32,000 nucleotides of DNA from Geotalea uraniireducens Rf4 (GCF_000016745.1 NC_009483.1:4770001-4802000); one strand, 5' to 3'; positions 8,635 through 17,534 are shown, counted from the first letter of the stretch. A program made the numbers and translations. Notes: generated from the sequence alone by a model not told the origin.

Positions 8635-9548
8635 TTGACCACCACGAATGTTTTCCGCTCCTTGTCCCACACGTACCCCTTGCCGCTCCAGATGGCCTCG
8701 ATGGATTTCCAGTCGAGCCCGAGACCTTTCAGCTCTTCCGTCAGGTAGTAAGCGGGCATGATCTCATTGTCGTCGATACGGCCGTCGCCGTTGGCATCCG
8801 CCCAGTGGAAGGCGCCAACCGTCACAGCGGCGATACCGCCGATCGGCTCGGTACGGTTGATGCCGCCGGTATTAACGATGATCTTCCCGCTGAAGAGCGC
8901 CTTCCGGTTGACAGGCGCCGTTTCCGGGATCTGCACGGTATAGGAAACGGAGACCGGCCCGTTGCCGCCCGGAATGAGCCATTTTACCTCGGCTGCGGCA
9001 GGTTCCCCCGACGAGGCCGCCGGAACCGCTTTGACGAGCCGCCAGCCGGCGGGAAGCTGCTCCTTGATGATGAACCCCCTGCTGCCGCTATCCCTCCGCG
9101 TCACCTTGATCTGCACGGGAACGATCTCGCCGGGTGCTGCGTAATGGGGAAGCCACCTGACCGCCGTTGGGGTTGCCGCCAGTTGCCGGATGAATAAATA
9201 AATCGTCAGCCCGGCGGCCATCAGGACAACTGCTGCCGCAATGACCAGCCGGCGTTTCGTTGGCGTAAACGAAGGGGTGGGCTCTTCCTCCATTACGGCA
9301 GGCCCCTGGCGGAGGATCTCTTCCAGCTCCACGTCCAGGGCCGTTGCCAGCTTTTCCGCGTTCTCGCGCTTGATGGTCGGGTAACGATTGTTTTCCCAGC
9401 GGGAAATGGTATCGGTCGTCACGCCGACAACGCTCGCCACATAGAGTTGGGTGAGCTTCTTTGCCTCCCGGATGCTTTTTATCGTTGTCCCGTCAATGGC
9501 GACACCGGGTAGTGGCGATTTTTCAGTTTTTTCCGCTGGATTGTCCAT
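8631..9548 (-). CDS. Membrane-anchored XRE-family HTH protein with an extracytoplasmic domain and an EF-hand/dockerin-like Ca-binding motif
   Basis: The N-terminal HTH is KKLTQLYVASVVGVTTDTISRWENNRY. There is one hydrophobic helix (LVIAAAVVLMAAGLTIYLFI). The C-terminus carries DANGDGRIDDNE. Confidence 0.7.
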   Translation of the reverse strand: MDNPAEKTEKSPLPGVAIDGTTIKSIREAKKLTQLYVASVVGVTTDTISRWENNRYPTIKRENAEKLATALDVELEEILRQGPAVMEEEPTPSFTPTKRRLVIAAAVVLMAAGLTIYLFIRQLAATPTAVRWLPHYAAPGEIVPVQIKVTRRDSGSRGFIIKEQLPAGWRLVKAVPAASSGEPAAAEVKWLIPGGNGPVSVSYTVQIPETAPVNRKALFSGKIIVNTGGINRTEPIGGIAAVTVGAFHWADANGDGRIDDNEIMPAYYLTEELKGLGLDWKSIEAIWSGKGYVWDKERKTFVVVK

Positions 9549-9731
9549 AGATTTATTCTAGCAGCTTATTTACTGATTTCGTTGATCTTTTTACTTTTTC
9601 ATCCATGTCAATCTCCGCCTTCTGGACCCGACATCGGGTGGAATTGCTATAGATGTCGATAGCCTGGGTGCCGATCGTATGGTATTTTTTAACACACGTG
9701 GTTAAAATTCAACCCCAAAAGGAGTCCGTAC

Positions 9732-10004
9732 ATGAAAAAAATCATCGCAGCAGTGGCACTCACCATCTTCGCCGCCGGGACGGCATTGGCCGCCGACACC
9801 ATCACCCTGCCGGCCAAAAACGGCAACGTCACCTTCAACCACAAGATGCACCAGGATACGCTGAAAGATTGCAAGATCTGCCACGAAAAGGGACCGGGCA
9901 AGATCGAAGGGTTCGGCAAAGAGTTAGCCCACAAGACCTGCAAAGGCTGCCATGAAGAGAAGAAGGCAGGCCCGACCAAGTGCGGTGAGTGCCACAAGAA
10001 GTAA
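9732..10004 (+). CDS. PpcA-family periplasmic triheme cytochrome c7 (90-aa precursor)
   Basis: It has a signal peptide ending in ALA|AD and three CxxCH motifs (CKICH, CKGCH, CGECH). The C-terminal GPTKCGECHKK is identical to the Geobacter PpcA family. Confidence 0.9.
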   Translation: MKKIIAAVALTIFAAGTALAADTITLPAKNGNVTFNHKMHQDTLKDCKICHEKGPGKIEGFGKELAHKTCKGCHEEKKAGPTKCGECHKK

Positions 10005-10064
10005 CAGCCGTCCCGGCGTTCAGCGTGCTGCGTAATTCAACGTAGCACGTGGCACGCAGCACGC

Positions 10065-10096
10065 AAAAAGGGGTGGACCGGTTCCACCCCTTTTTT
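10065..10096 (+). terminator. Rho-independent terminator after the cytochrome gene
   Basis: The stem is ggggtgga / tccacccc (8 bp) with a 5-nt loop, followed by T6. It is preceded by a separate perfect 11-bp inverted repeat, gcgtgctgcgt (10023..10033) / acgcagcacgc (10054..10064). Confidence 0.8.
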
Positions 10097-10135
10097 CATT
10101 GCAGGCGGCAGGCAAAGATTGTATCTTCTCAGGCG

Positions 10136-12667
10136 ATGAAACGCTACTTTTCTGAAAATGCCCTGCTGCAGATGCGCGACGCGATAGCCGGTGCGCATGG
10201 CAATGAAGTCTTCTTCCTCGGACGCACCGACGAGGCGAAGCTCGTCATCGATGCGGAGCCATTGGCCCGCGGCAACCGCGATGCAGTAGCGGCGATCATG
10301 ATCGCCGCTTCGTTCGGCGACGTGGTGATCCACAACCACCCCTCCGGCATTCTCACCCCTTCCCGGGCCGACCTTGAGATCGCTTCCTTGCTCGGCAACC
10401 AGGGGGTCGGTTTCTACATCATCGACAATGCCGCCGAGCGTTGCTACCAGGCGGTTTCCCCCTTTGCCCGGACCGCCGTCGAGCGCCTCTCCTACCCGGA
10501 GATCGAGCGCTGGTACGCCCCCGCCGGCATCCTCGCCGAACACCTCAAGGGGTACGAGCACCGCGCCGAGCAGACCCGCATGGCCTTTGCCGTTGCCGAG
10601 GCGTTCAATGAAGAACGCATAGCCGTCATCGAGGCGGGAACCGGTACCGGCAAGTCCCTCGCCTACCTCCTTCCCGCTGTCCTCTGGGGCATCCGCAACC
10701 GGGAGCGGGTGGTCATCTCCACCAACACCATCAACCTGCAGGAGCAGTTGATCAAAAAGGACATCCCCTTCCTGCAAAAATACGGCGACCTGGATTTTCG
10801 GGCAGTCCTGGTAAAGGGACGCAACAACTATCTCTGCATGAGGAAACTGGAAAGCGTCAAGGCTGAGCCGACTCTGTTCAAGGACGATGCCGCCAACGAG
10901 TTGCAGGCGATCATCGACTGGAGCAGGAAGACCGGCGAGGGGTGCCGCAGCGACCTCTCCTTCATCCCCAGAGACGAAACCTGGGAAGAGCTCTCCTGCG
11001 AGGCCGACCAGTGCGGCAGGGTCAAGTGCCCCCACTACACGCGTTGCTTCTTCTACAAGGCACGCCGGGAAGCCGCCGGAGCCGACCTGCTGGTGGTGAA
11101 CCATGCCCTGCTCATGGCGGATGTGGCCGTCCGGCAGGAAACCGGCTACGGTTCAACCGCCATCCTCCCCCCATTCGAGCGGCTCATTTTCGACGAGGGT
11201 CATCACCTGGAGGATGTGGCGACGAGTTTCCTCTCCGCCCAGGTTTCCCGCAACGGCCTCTTGAAAATAATCGGCAAGTTGCAGCACCCGCGCAAGGCCC
11301 AGCGTGGCCTGTTGCCGCTTCTTTCCGCCCAGCTGTCACGGGAAGTGCCGGAAGCACTCGACGACATCTACATGGAGGTTGCCGCCATCCTCGAAGGGCG
11401 GATCATTCCCCGGCGGGGCGCTGTTACCGACGCCATAAACCGCACCATGGACGCCATCGGCGCAGCCCTTATCGCCCATCTCCGCCGCGACAGGGAAAAG
11501 AAGGAGGAGCTTAAGCTGCGCCTCACTCCCGTCATTTACGCAAGCGCCTTCTGGATGGAGGTGGAGGAGCGGGTAAATGAGCTCTGCGAGGAGTTGGCCG
11601 ACTATGCGTCTGCGCTCAGGAGTTTCCTCAAGGCCTGCGAAAAGCTCCCCGACAGGGTAGTGGAAAAACTGTCGGGAAACCTGGTGGACCTGAAGGGGGT
11701 GAAGGGGAGACTCGAAACAGCCCAGGAAAATCTTCGCTTTTTCATCGCCCGGGAGGAGGGATTTTGCCGCTGGTTCGAAGTGAGAAAAGGGGCGAAAGGG
11801 ATGGTGGTGAAGCTCTGCTCCTCCCCACTGGAGGTGGCGGAGTCCATAAAGTCGGTGATACTCGACAAGTTCAAGACCGTTGTCGTCACTTCCGCCACCC
11901 TGGCGGTAGGGGAGCGCTTCGACTATCTGGAAAGAAGAACCGGATTGAGCCTCGTAAACCGGTCGCGCGTTACGGAGCTGCTCCTCGCCTCCCCCTTTGA
12001 TTACGAGCACCAGACATTCGTCGGCATTCCCGCCGACATCCCCGAGCCGGTCGCAGCCGGCTTTGAGGCGGCACTCCGGGAGTACCTCCTGCGCGGACTC
12101 ACCATCTCCCAGGGGCGGGCGTTCGTACTATTCACCTCTTACGACCTGCTCAGCCGCGTTTACAATCATCTGGCCGAACCGCTGAAAAGAGCGGGTCTGA
12201 CTCCGATGCGCCAGGGTGAAATCAACCGCCACCTGCTCCTTTCCCAGTTCAAAAAGGCGCACAACGCCGTGCTCTTCGGTACCGACTCTTTCTGGGAAGG
12301 GGTTGACGTGAAGGGGAGAGCGCTGGAGCTGGTGGTAATCACCCGCCTGCCGTTTCGGGTGCCGACCGAACCGATCCTGGAAGCACGGGCCGAGCATATC
12401 GCCGCATGCGGCGGCGACCCGTTCATGGAATACACCGTCCCGCAGGCAGTTATCAAGTTCAAGCAGGGTTTCGGCAGGCTGATCAGGAGCCGGGAGGATC
12501 GGGGTGCTGTGCTGATCCTCGACAGCCGCGTCCTGTCGAAAAACTACGGCAGGTTCTTTCTCAGGTCGCTCCCCGGTGCCCGCATGGTCCAGGGAAGCGG
12601 AGACGAGGTTTTCGCCGGGATGGCCGGGTTTTTTAACCCTTCGACCGCATCTCCCGCTTCGCAATAA
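10136..12667 (+). CDS. dinG: DinG/Rad3-family ATP-dependent DNA helicase with an N-terminal JAB/MPN (RadC-like) domain
   Basis: The JAMM motif HNHPSGILTPSRAD lies at aa ~85-98. The helicase motifs are Walker A AGTGTGKS and DEGH box FDEGHHLED. A Cys-rich Fe-S-like insert is present (CMRK...CEADQCGRVKCPHYTRC). I chose the ATG at 10136 because the longer ORF from 10049 would run through the upstream terminator hairpin. Confidence 0.85.
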   Translation: MKRYFSENALLQMRDAIAGAHGNEVFFLGRTDEAKLVIDAEPLARGNRDAVAAIMIAASFGDVVIHNHPSGILTPSRADLEIASLLGNQGVGFYIIDNAAERCYQAVSPFARTAVERLSYPEIERWYAPAGILAEHLKGYEHRAEQTRMAFAVAEAFNEERIAVIEAGTGTGKSLAYLLPAVLWGIRNRERVVISTNTINLQEQLIKKDIPFLQKYGDLDFRAVLVKGRNNYLCMRKLESVKAEPTLFKDDAANELQAIIDWSRKTGEGCRSDLSFIPRDETWEELSCEADQCGRVKCPHYTRCFFYKARREAAGADLLVVNHALLMADVAVRQETGYGSTAILPPFERLIFDEGHHLEDVATSFLSAQVSRNGLLKIIGKLQHPRKAQRGLLPLLSAQLSREVPEALDDIYMEVAAILEGRIIPRRGAVTDAINRTMDAIGAALIAHLRRDREKKEELKLRLTPVIYASAFWMEVEERVNELCEELADYASALRSFLKACEKLPDRVVEKLSGNLVDLKGVKGRLETAQENLRFFIAREEGFCRWFEVRKGAKGMVVKLCSSPLEVAESIKSVILDKFKTVVVTSATLAVGERFDYLERRTGLSLVNRSRVTELLLASPFDYEHQTFVGIPADIPEPVAAGFEAALREYLLRGLTISQGRAFVLFTSYDLLSRVYNHLAEPLKRAGLTPMRQGEINRHLLLSQFKKAHNAVLFGTDSFWEGVDVKGRALELVVITRLPFRVPTEPILEARAEHIAACGGDPFMEYTVPQAVIKFKQGFGRLIRSREDRGAVLILDSRVLSKNYGRFFLRSLPGARMVQGSGDEVFAGMAGFFNPSTASPASQ

Positions 12668-13088
12668 AGTTGTAGCACTGAAAATAACAGAGGGTCGTAA
12701 GGATAAAGACGAAGAGGATGGGGTACTGGGCTCCCGGCGCCTGGGGCGCCCGGAGGATGAAGATGATGAAGAAGATGAAGAGAGATGCCTTGATGATATC
12801 GCCGGTCAGTCTTTTCCTGCGCAGCGCCAACATATCGGCAGGAGAAAGAGAGGTACTGCACGAATTGACCTCACGCTTTGCTTCATGGGCTGCAAACCGG
12901 TAGACGGGGTAGAAGAAAATGACCTGCACAACGAGGGTCCTCAGGATGCTGTTGATGAATATCTGCGACGGGACGTGGGCCTGAAACCAGAAAGCAACGC
13001 CGGCAAGGAGCAGCAGCAGAAAGGCCTGGACCACGTAATAAATCGTAATCAACCGCCCCAGTCGCTTAAAATCAAAACCGTTTGCCAT
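12633..13088 (-). CDS. Hypothetical integral membrane protein (~4 TM helices, 151 aa)
   Basis: The hydrophobic segments are ITIYYVVQAFLLLLLAGVAFWF, LVVQVIFFYPVY, ASLFIFFIIFIL and ILFVFILTTLCYF. The start is taken at MANGFDFK. Its 3' end overlaps the helicase 3' end by 35 bp (convergent). Confidence 0.55.
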   Translation of the reverse strand: MANGFDFKRLGRLITIYYVVQAFLLLLLAGVAFWFQAHVPSQIFINSILRTLVVQVIFFYPVYRFAAHEAKREVNSCSTSLSPADMLALRRKRLTGDIIKASLFIFFIIFILRAPQAPGAQYPILFVFILTTLCYFQCYNFIAKREMRSKG

Positions 13089-13207
13089 AGTATTCTCCGC
13101 ATCTATCAAGGCTTTTTCTCTTCTCACCGATGCACACACCATAACAAATAAAATAGTGTTTTACAAGCAAAAGTAGCTGCCGCGGCATGGCCTCCTGTAA
13201 GAGGCAC

Positions 13208-13230
13208 AAAAAAGGCCCCATCAAGGGGCC
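13208..13230 (-). terminator. Rho-independent terminator for the minus-strand cytochrome gene (hairpin usable in both directions)
   Basis: The stem is ggcccc / ggggcc with a 5-nt loop. It is flanked by A6 on the + strand (U6 on the minus strand) and T4 on the other side. Confidence 0.75.
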
Positions 13231-13258
13231 TTTTGAGTATCCGATGGCTTGCCGGCAG

Positions 13259-13528
13259 TTACTTCTTGTGGCATTCACCGCACTTGGTCGGGCCTGCCTT
13301 CTTGGTTTCGTGACAGCCTTTGCAAAGCTTATGGGCGGCATCTTTGCCAAGGGTCAGTTTAGCAGGAGTCCCTTCACCATGGCAGCTTTTGCAATCGCCG
13401 GTGGCGCTGTGTTTCTTGTGGTCGAAGGTAACGTTTCCGTTTTTGGCCTTCAGAACAACGGTGTCAGCGGCAAACGCAGCCGATGCAGCAAAAGCAACCA
13501 TCAAAGCAACCGCAAGTACTTTCTTCAT
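13259..13528 (-). CDS. PpcA-family periplasmic triheme cytochrome c7, second paralog (89-aa precursor)
   Basis: It has a signal peptide ending in AFA|AD and the haem motifs CKSCH, CKGCH and CGECH. The C-terminal AGPTKCGECHKK is the same as in the 9732 paralog. Confidence 0.9.
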   Translation of the reverse strand: MKKVLAVALMVAFAASAAFAADTVVLKAKNGNVTFDHKKHSATGDCKSCHGEGTPAKLTLGKDAAHKLCKGCHETKKAGPTKCGECHKK

Positions 13529-13623
13529 AATCCTACCTCCAAAAAGATAATATTAAACTTTGCCAAATTTATACCGACAATTAGGTGATGTCAATAAATT
13601 TATATCCATTTTCCGCTGATTTG

Positions 13624-14340
13624 TCAGGCAACTCTCGCCGCGGTAACGACAAAAACCGCCTCGGCTCCGGCGCATTTGAGGGTTTTGGCGCACTCGGCAA
13701 CCGTGCTGCCGGTGGTATAGACGTCATCGACCAGAATTACCCGTTTCCCCGCAACAGCATCTTTGTCTGTGACGGCAAACGCACCCCGCACGTTCTCCGC
13801 CCTCTCCGTGGCTGCAAGGTTGACCTGCGGCTCGGTCCAACGGACACGGCGCAGATTATGGCGCAAAAGCGGCAGCCGCCACTGTTTCGCCAGAATCCCC
13901 CCGAGGAGCACCGCCTGGTTGTAGCCGCGCCAACGCAGTCTTTTTTTATGGAGCGGAACCGGAATGACGAGGTCGGCCGCTACGTGTGCGGCAAAACCGG
14001 CCAGATGCCCGGCGGTCAAAAGACCGAGCGGTCGACAGAGGTGAACCTTGTGTCCATACTTGAAACGATGAACGAGATCCTGCACCGGCCCGCTGAAAAC
14101 AAGGGCGGCACGGGCCGCCGCATAGGCCGGGGGATGGGACAGGCAGGGGCCGCACAGGTGATCGATGCCGTTCTCGGTTGCAAACGGAACACCGCACACG
14201 AGGCACAGGGGAGAATTCAGCGGAATGAGTTTCTCACGACAGCCGGCGCAGAGGTGAATGTCGCCGGCGTCGGGAATAAACGTCTTGCAGATGTGACAGA
14301 GGGGCGGAAAGAGTATATCGATCAGGGCGCGGAAAAACAA
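13624..14340 (-). CDS. comF: ComF-family protein (phosphoribosyltransferase-like, ComFC type)
   Basis: The N-terminal Cys pairs are LCHIC...CAGC...CLVCG...CGPC. The PRT motif is RVILVDDVYTTGSTV. The TTG start at 14340 lies 2 bp after the upstream stop; the longer ORF to 14448 would overlap the upstream gene. Confidence 0.8.
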   Translation of the reverse strand: MFFRALIDILFPPLCHICKTFIPDAGDIHLCAGCREKLIPLNSPLCLVCGVPFATENGIDHLCGPCLSHPPAYAAARAALVFSGPVQDLVHRFKYGHKVHLCRPLGLLTAGHLAGFAAHVAADLVIPVPLHKKRLRWRGYNQAVLLGGILAKQWRLPLLRHNLRRVRWTEPQVNLAATERAENVRGAFAVTDKDAVAGKRVILVDDVYTTGSTVAECAKTLKCAGAEAVFVVTAARVA

Positions 14341-14342
14341 CC

Positions 14343-14996
14343 CTACAGCCCCATGTCCTCGTTCACCACCAGCACCCTGACATCGGTGAGGCGCGGCTTG
14401 CGGTCGATGATGGTGGTAATGCGGCAGATCCGGTCCGGCGAATTGCAATCGGAGCAGAAGCCGGTCTTGGAACAGGGGGTATTGTAATTGAGACGCCTGG
14501 CATTGGGGGGAGTGGCGCAGTCCTTGATCCGCTTGACGGCAGCGCCCACGTCTCCGTCCACCAGCTTGTTCCGCCCAGCCACAACGATCACCTTTTTCGG
14601 ACCGAAGAACATGGAGCCGACCCGGTTGCCGGTGGCGTCGATGTTGACCAGGAAACCGGAGAGGGTGACCGCATTGGTCCCGGTGAGGAAAAGGTCGCAG
14701 GTAAGCTGGCGGCGCATGACCGCCACCCGCTCCTCCAAAGAGAGACCCGGCAGACTGTGGTTGAGGATTTCCTTTCCCTCCTCCTTCAGCCGGTCGGCGA
14801 CCTTTAGATCGGCCACCGACATGGAGCCGCCGAACCCGACGCTGGCAGCATCGGCCGCCTCTTTGACGATATAGTCATAGGCCTCCTGCCCGGTCGGGCA
14901 ATATACCGCCGTGAAGCCGTTTTTTCCCAGCGACTCCACCGCCTTCTCGCACTTCTGCTCATAGGTCCAGTCTGTAAGTTCCCGCGTTTTGCTCAT
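14343..14996 (-). CDS. LUD-domain (DUF162, LutC/YkgG-like) protein
   Basis: The size (217 aa) and the pattern GFGGSMS...DLFLTGTNAVTLSGFLVNIDATGNRV...GPKKVIVVAGRNK fit the LUD-domain family. The C-terminal Cys motif is CSKTGFCSDC. Confidence 0.65.
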   Translation of the reverse strand: MSKTRELTDWTYEQKCEKAVESLGKNGFTAVYCPTGQEAYDYIVKEAADAASVGFGGSMSVADLKVADRLKEEGKEILNHSLPGLSLEERVAVMRRQLTCDLFLTGTNAVTLSGFLVNIDATGNRVGSMFFGPKKVIVVAGRNKLVDGDVGAAVKRIKDCATPPNARRLNYNTPCSKTGFCSDCNSPDRICRITTIIDRKPRLTDVRVLVVNEDMGL

Positions 14997-15050
14997 GATC
15001 CGTTCCCGCCTTTCCCATGTGGCGCCTTGCGGTCGCCTCCTGTTTCCCTG

Positions 15051-16589
15051 TTATTTCACGATCATGCTCTTGCCGGTCATCTCCTGCGGCTGCGGGATGC
15101 CGAGCAAATCCAGGATGGTCGGCGCAATATCGGCGAGGATACCGGGGCGAAGCTTTGCATCCTTGCGCGTATCATCCACGAGGATGAACGGCACCCTGTC
15201 GCAGGTATGGGCGGTATGGGGGCCGCCGTTCTCATCGACCATGATCTCGGCATTGCCGTGGTCCGCGGTGATGAGCACCCGCCCGCCGAGACTCCGCACC
15301 TTGGCCACCAGCCTGCCGACGCAGTCGTCGACCGCTTCGACGGCACGGATAGCCGCAGCCATGATGCCGGTGTGACCGACCATGTCCGCGTTGGCGAAGT
15401 TGAGGATGATCACGTCGTAGAGGTCCTCGTCGAGCCTTTTCAGAAGCTCCTCGGTGACGGGGTAGACGCTCATCTCCGGTTTCTTGTCATAGGTTGCGAC
15501 CTCCTTCGGTGAGGGGATCAGCGCCCGGTCCTCGCCGGGAAAGGGGACCTCGCTGCCGCCGTTGAAGAAGAAAGTGACGTGGGCGTATTTTTCCGTTTCG
15601 GCGATGCGCAGCTGCCTTAAGCCCAGACGGCCGAGCACCTCGCCGAAGATGTTTTTCAGCGCCTCCGGGCCAAAGGCGACCGGCAGGCCGAAGGTCTCGT
15701 CATAGGTGGTCATGCAGACGTAGGAGGCGAGCCGGGGAAACTGCGGCCGCTCGAAACCGGTGAAACCGGCATCGGTCAGGGAACGGGTTATTTCCCGGGC
15801 CCGGTCCGAACGGAAATTGAAGAAGATGAAGCCGTCGCCGTCCCGAACGGTGCCGACCGGGGCGCCATTTGCCGTGATCACCGAGGGGAGCACGAATTCG
15901 TCGTTGACGCCGTTTTGGTAGCTCTGGTCAATGACTGCAGCGGCAGAGGCAAAACCTTCCCCCTCGCCGCAGACCATGGCCCGATAGGCCTTTTCCACCC
16001 GTTCCCAGCGGTTGTCCCGGTCCATTGCGTAGAAGCGGCCGATGACCGTAGCGATGCGCCCCGCGCCGATCCGGACGATTTCCGCCTCAAGCCGGGCCAG
16101 GTAATCGACACCGCTCTGTGGCGGGGTGTCGCGGCCGTCCAGCAGGCAATGGACAAAGACATCCTTGACCCCCTCCCGCTTCGCCAGCTGCAGCAGGGCA
16201 TAGAGGTGGGTGTTGTGGGAATGGACGCCGCCGTCGGAAAGGAGCCCGGCCAGATGGAGCCTGCCCCCTGCGGCCTTGGTTTTGGCGATGCAGTCGAGGA
16301 GCACGGGGTTCTCGAAAAAATCGCCGTCATCAATCGCCTTGGAGATCCGGGTCAGGTCTTGGTAGACAACGCGCCCGGCGCCGATGTTCAGGTGCCCCAC
16401 CTCGGAATTGCCCATCTGTCCCTCGGGCAGACCGACGGAAAGGCCCGATGTCCCCATCTCAACATAGGGGTAGGAGGTCGAGAGCCGGTCCATGTTCGGC
16501 GTGTTAGCCCTGGCAATGGCGTTGTTTTCCTGGTGGGGGTTGATCCCCCAACCGTCGAGGATCATCAGCAAAAGTGGTTGTTTAGGCAT
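15051..16589 (-). CDS. gpmI: 2,3-bisphosphoglycerate-independent phosphoglycerate mutase
   Basis: It is 512 aa with the N-terminus [15 protein letters not shown], plus [13 protein letters not shown] and ADHGNAE. This is an unambiguous iPGM signature. Confidence 0.95.
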   Translation of the reverse strand: MPKQPLLLMILDGWGINPHQENNAIARANTPNMDRLSTSYPYVEMGTSGLSVGLPEGQMGNSEVGHLNIGAGRVVYQDLTRISKAIDDGDFFENPVLLDCIAKTKAAGGRLHLAGLLSDGGVHSHNTHLYALLQLAKREGVKDVFVHCLLDGRDTPPQSGVDYLARLEAEIVRIGAGRIATVIGRFYAMDRDNRWERVEKAYRAMVCGEGEGFASAAAVIDQSYQNGVNDEFVLPSVITANGAPVGTVRDGDGFIFFNFRSDRAREITRSLTDAGFTGFERPQFPRLASYVCMTTYDETFGLPVAFGPEALKNIFGEVLGRLGLRQLRIAETEKYAHVTFFFNGGSEVPFPGEDRALIPSPKEVATYDKKPEMSVYPVTEELLKRLDEDLYDVIILNFANADMVGHTGIMAAAIRAVEAVDDCVGRLVAKVRSLGGRVLITADHGNAEIMVDENGGPHTAHTCDRVPFILVDDTRKDAKLRPGILADIAPTILDLLGIPQPQEMTGKSMIVK

Positions 16590-16631
16590 CTAGTGTCTCC
16601 TCAAAAAAAGTGAGTAGGCCAAATCTAAAGA

Positions 16632-16684
16632 TCCTTATTCGCTCCTTACTCCTTACTCCTTACTCCTTACTCCTTACTTCTTAC
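16632..16684. repeat. Heptamer tandem repeat tccttac (5 perfect units at 16643..16677 plus degenerate units on each side); on the minus strand it reads GUAAGGA / UAAGGAG
   Basis: Read directly: tccttat tcgc tccttac x5 ttcttac. It lies in the 99-bp spacer between the rlmH stop (16690) and the gpmI start (16589). Confidence 0.9.
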
Positions 16685-16689
16685 GGATT

Positions 16690-17151
16690 TCAGTGGTGAT
16701 ACGGCTCCCCGTTGATGATGGTGAAGCCGCGATAGATCTGCTCCAGGAGAAAGATCCGCACCATCTGGTGGGTGAAGGTCATCCTGGATAAGGCGATGGT
16801 CTTGTATGCCATTGACCTGAAACTGTCGCTGAAGCCGTATGCGCCACCGATGGCGAAGGCCAGCTCCTGCACGCCGCCGTCCCGGTTGGCGGCAATGAAG
16901 CCGGCGAGATCGGGAGAGGACAGCTGCTCCCCCCGCTCATCGAGGAGAATGAGACGGGCATTCCGCGGCAGGAGTTTTACGAGGCGCTCCCCTTCCCGCT
17001 CACGCATGGCTTCGGCGGCCGCCCCCTTTTCCTCCTTGGCTTCGGCCAGCTCCAGGGGAGTATACCTTCTGATACGGCCGGCATACTCGTCAATCCCGCG
17101 CCGGACCCACTCCTCCTGGGTCTTGCCCACCCAGAGGACCCTCATTTTCAT
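16690..17151 (-). CDS. rlmH: 23S rRNA (pseudouridine1915-N3)-methyltransferase
   Basis: It is 153 aa, with SPOUT-family hallmarks ...LDERGEQLSS...FAIGGAYG...LSRMTFTHQM. There is an ATGA overlap with rsfS. Confidence 0.9.
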   Translation of the reverse strand: MKMRVLWVGKTQEEWVRRGIDEYAGRIRRYTPLELAEAKEEKGAAAEAMREREGERLVKLLPRNARLILLDERGEQLSSPDLAGFIAANRDGGVQELAFAIGGAYGFSDSFRSMAYKTIALSRMTFTHQMVRIFLLEQIYRGFTIINGEPYHH

Positions 17152-17534
17152 TTCTCTTTATCTTCCCAGAGGTATTCCACCGGAATCTCCACAAGGGGTG
17201 CATTGCCCCACAATTCATCCAGGTTGTAATGACGTCTCACTTCCTCCTGAAAGACATGGACGATCACGTCGCCGTAATCGATGATCACCCAGCGACCTTC
17301 CTGCATTCCCTCAATATCCAGCGCCTTGCCGAACTTCTTGAGCCCCTGCTTTACCGAGTCGGCAATGGCCTGGGCCTGCTTGTCCGACCGACCGGTGGCC
17401 AGCACCAGATAGTCGGCAATGCTGGAAAGCTTCTTGATTTCCAGGATCTTGACATCCAGGGCTTTTTTATCCAGGGCGCACGCGGCGCACTTTATGGCCC
17501 GTTCCCGGGAAGTCATCTCTTTTTTATCGGGCAT
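17148..17534 (-). CDS. rsfS: Ribosome silencing factor
   Basis: The 128-aa protein from MPDKKEM carries DYLVLATGRSDKQAQAIADSV...WVIIDYGDVIVHVF. The longer ORF to 17726 would overlap nadD extensively. Confidence 0.88.
   Translation of the reverse strand: MPDKKEMTSRERAIKCAACALDKKALDVKILEIKKLSSIADYLVLATGRSDKQAQAIADSVKQGLKKFGKALDIEGMQEGRWVIIDYGDVIVHVFQEEVRRHYNLDELWGNAPLVEIPVEYLWEDKEK

Noticed and set aside
10037-11104. Long antisense ORFs inside well-supported genes, for example 10037..11104(-), 5707..6399(-), 8188..8748(+), 15915..16613(+), 18464..19192(+), 25712..26509(-) and 29186..30196(+)
   Set aside because: They lie opposite genes with unmistakable family motifs (DinG, nuclease, radical SAM, gpmI, proA, radC/uppP, carboxypeptidase). 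Their Arg/Gly/Pro/Ala-rich low-information translations are typical of stop-poor antisense frames in high-GC DNA. None has a recognisable motif.
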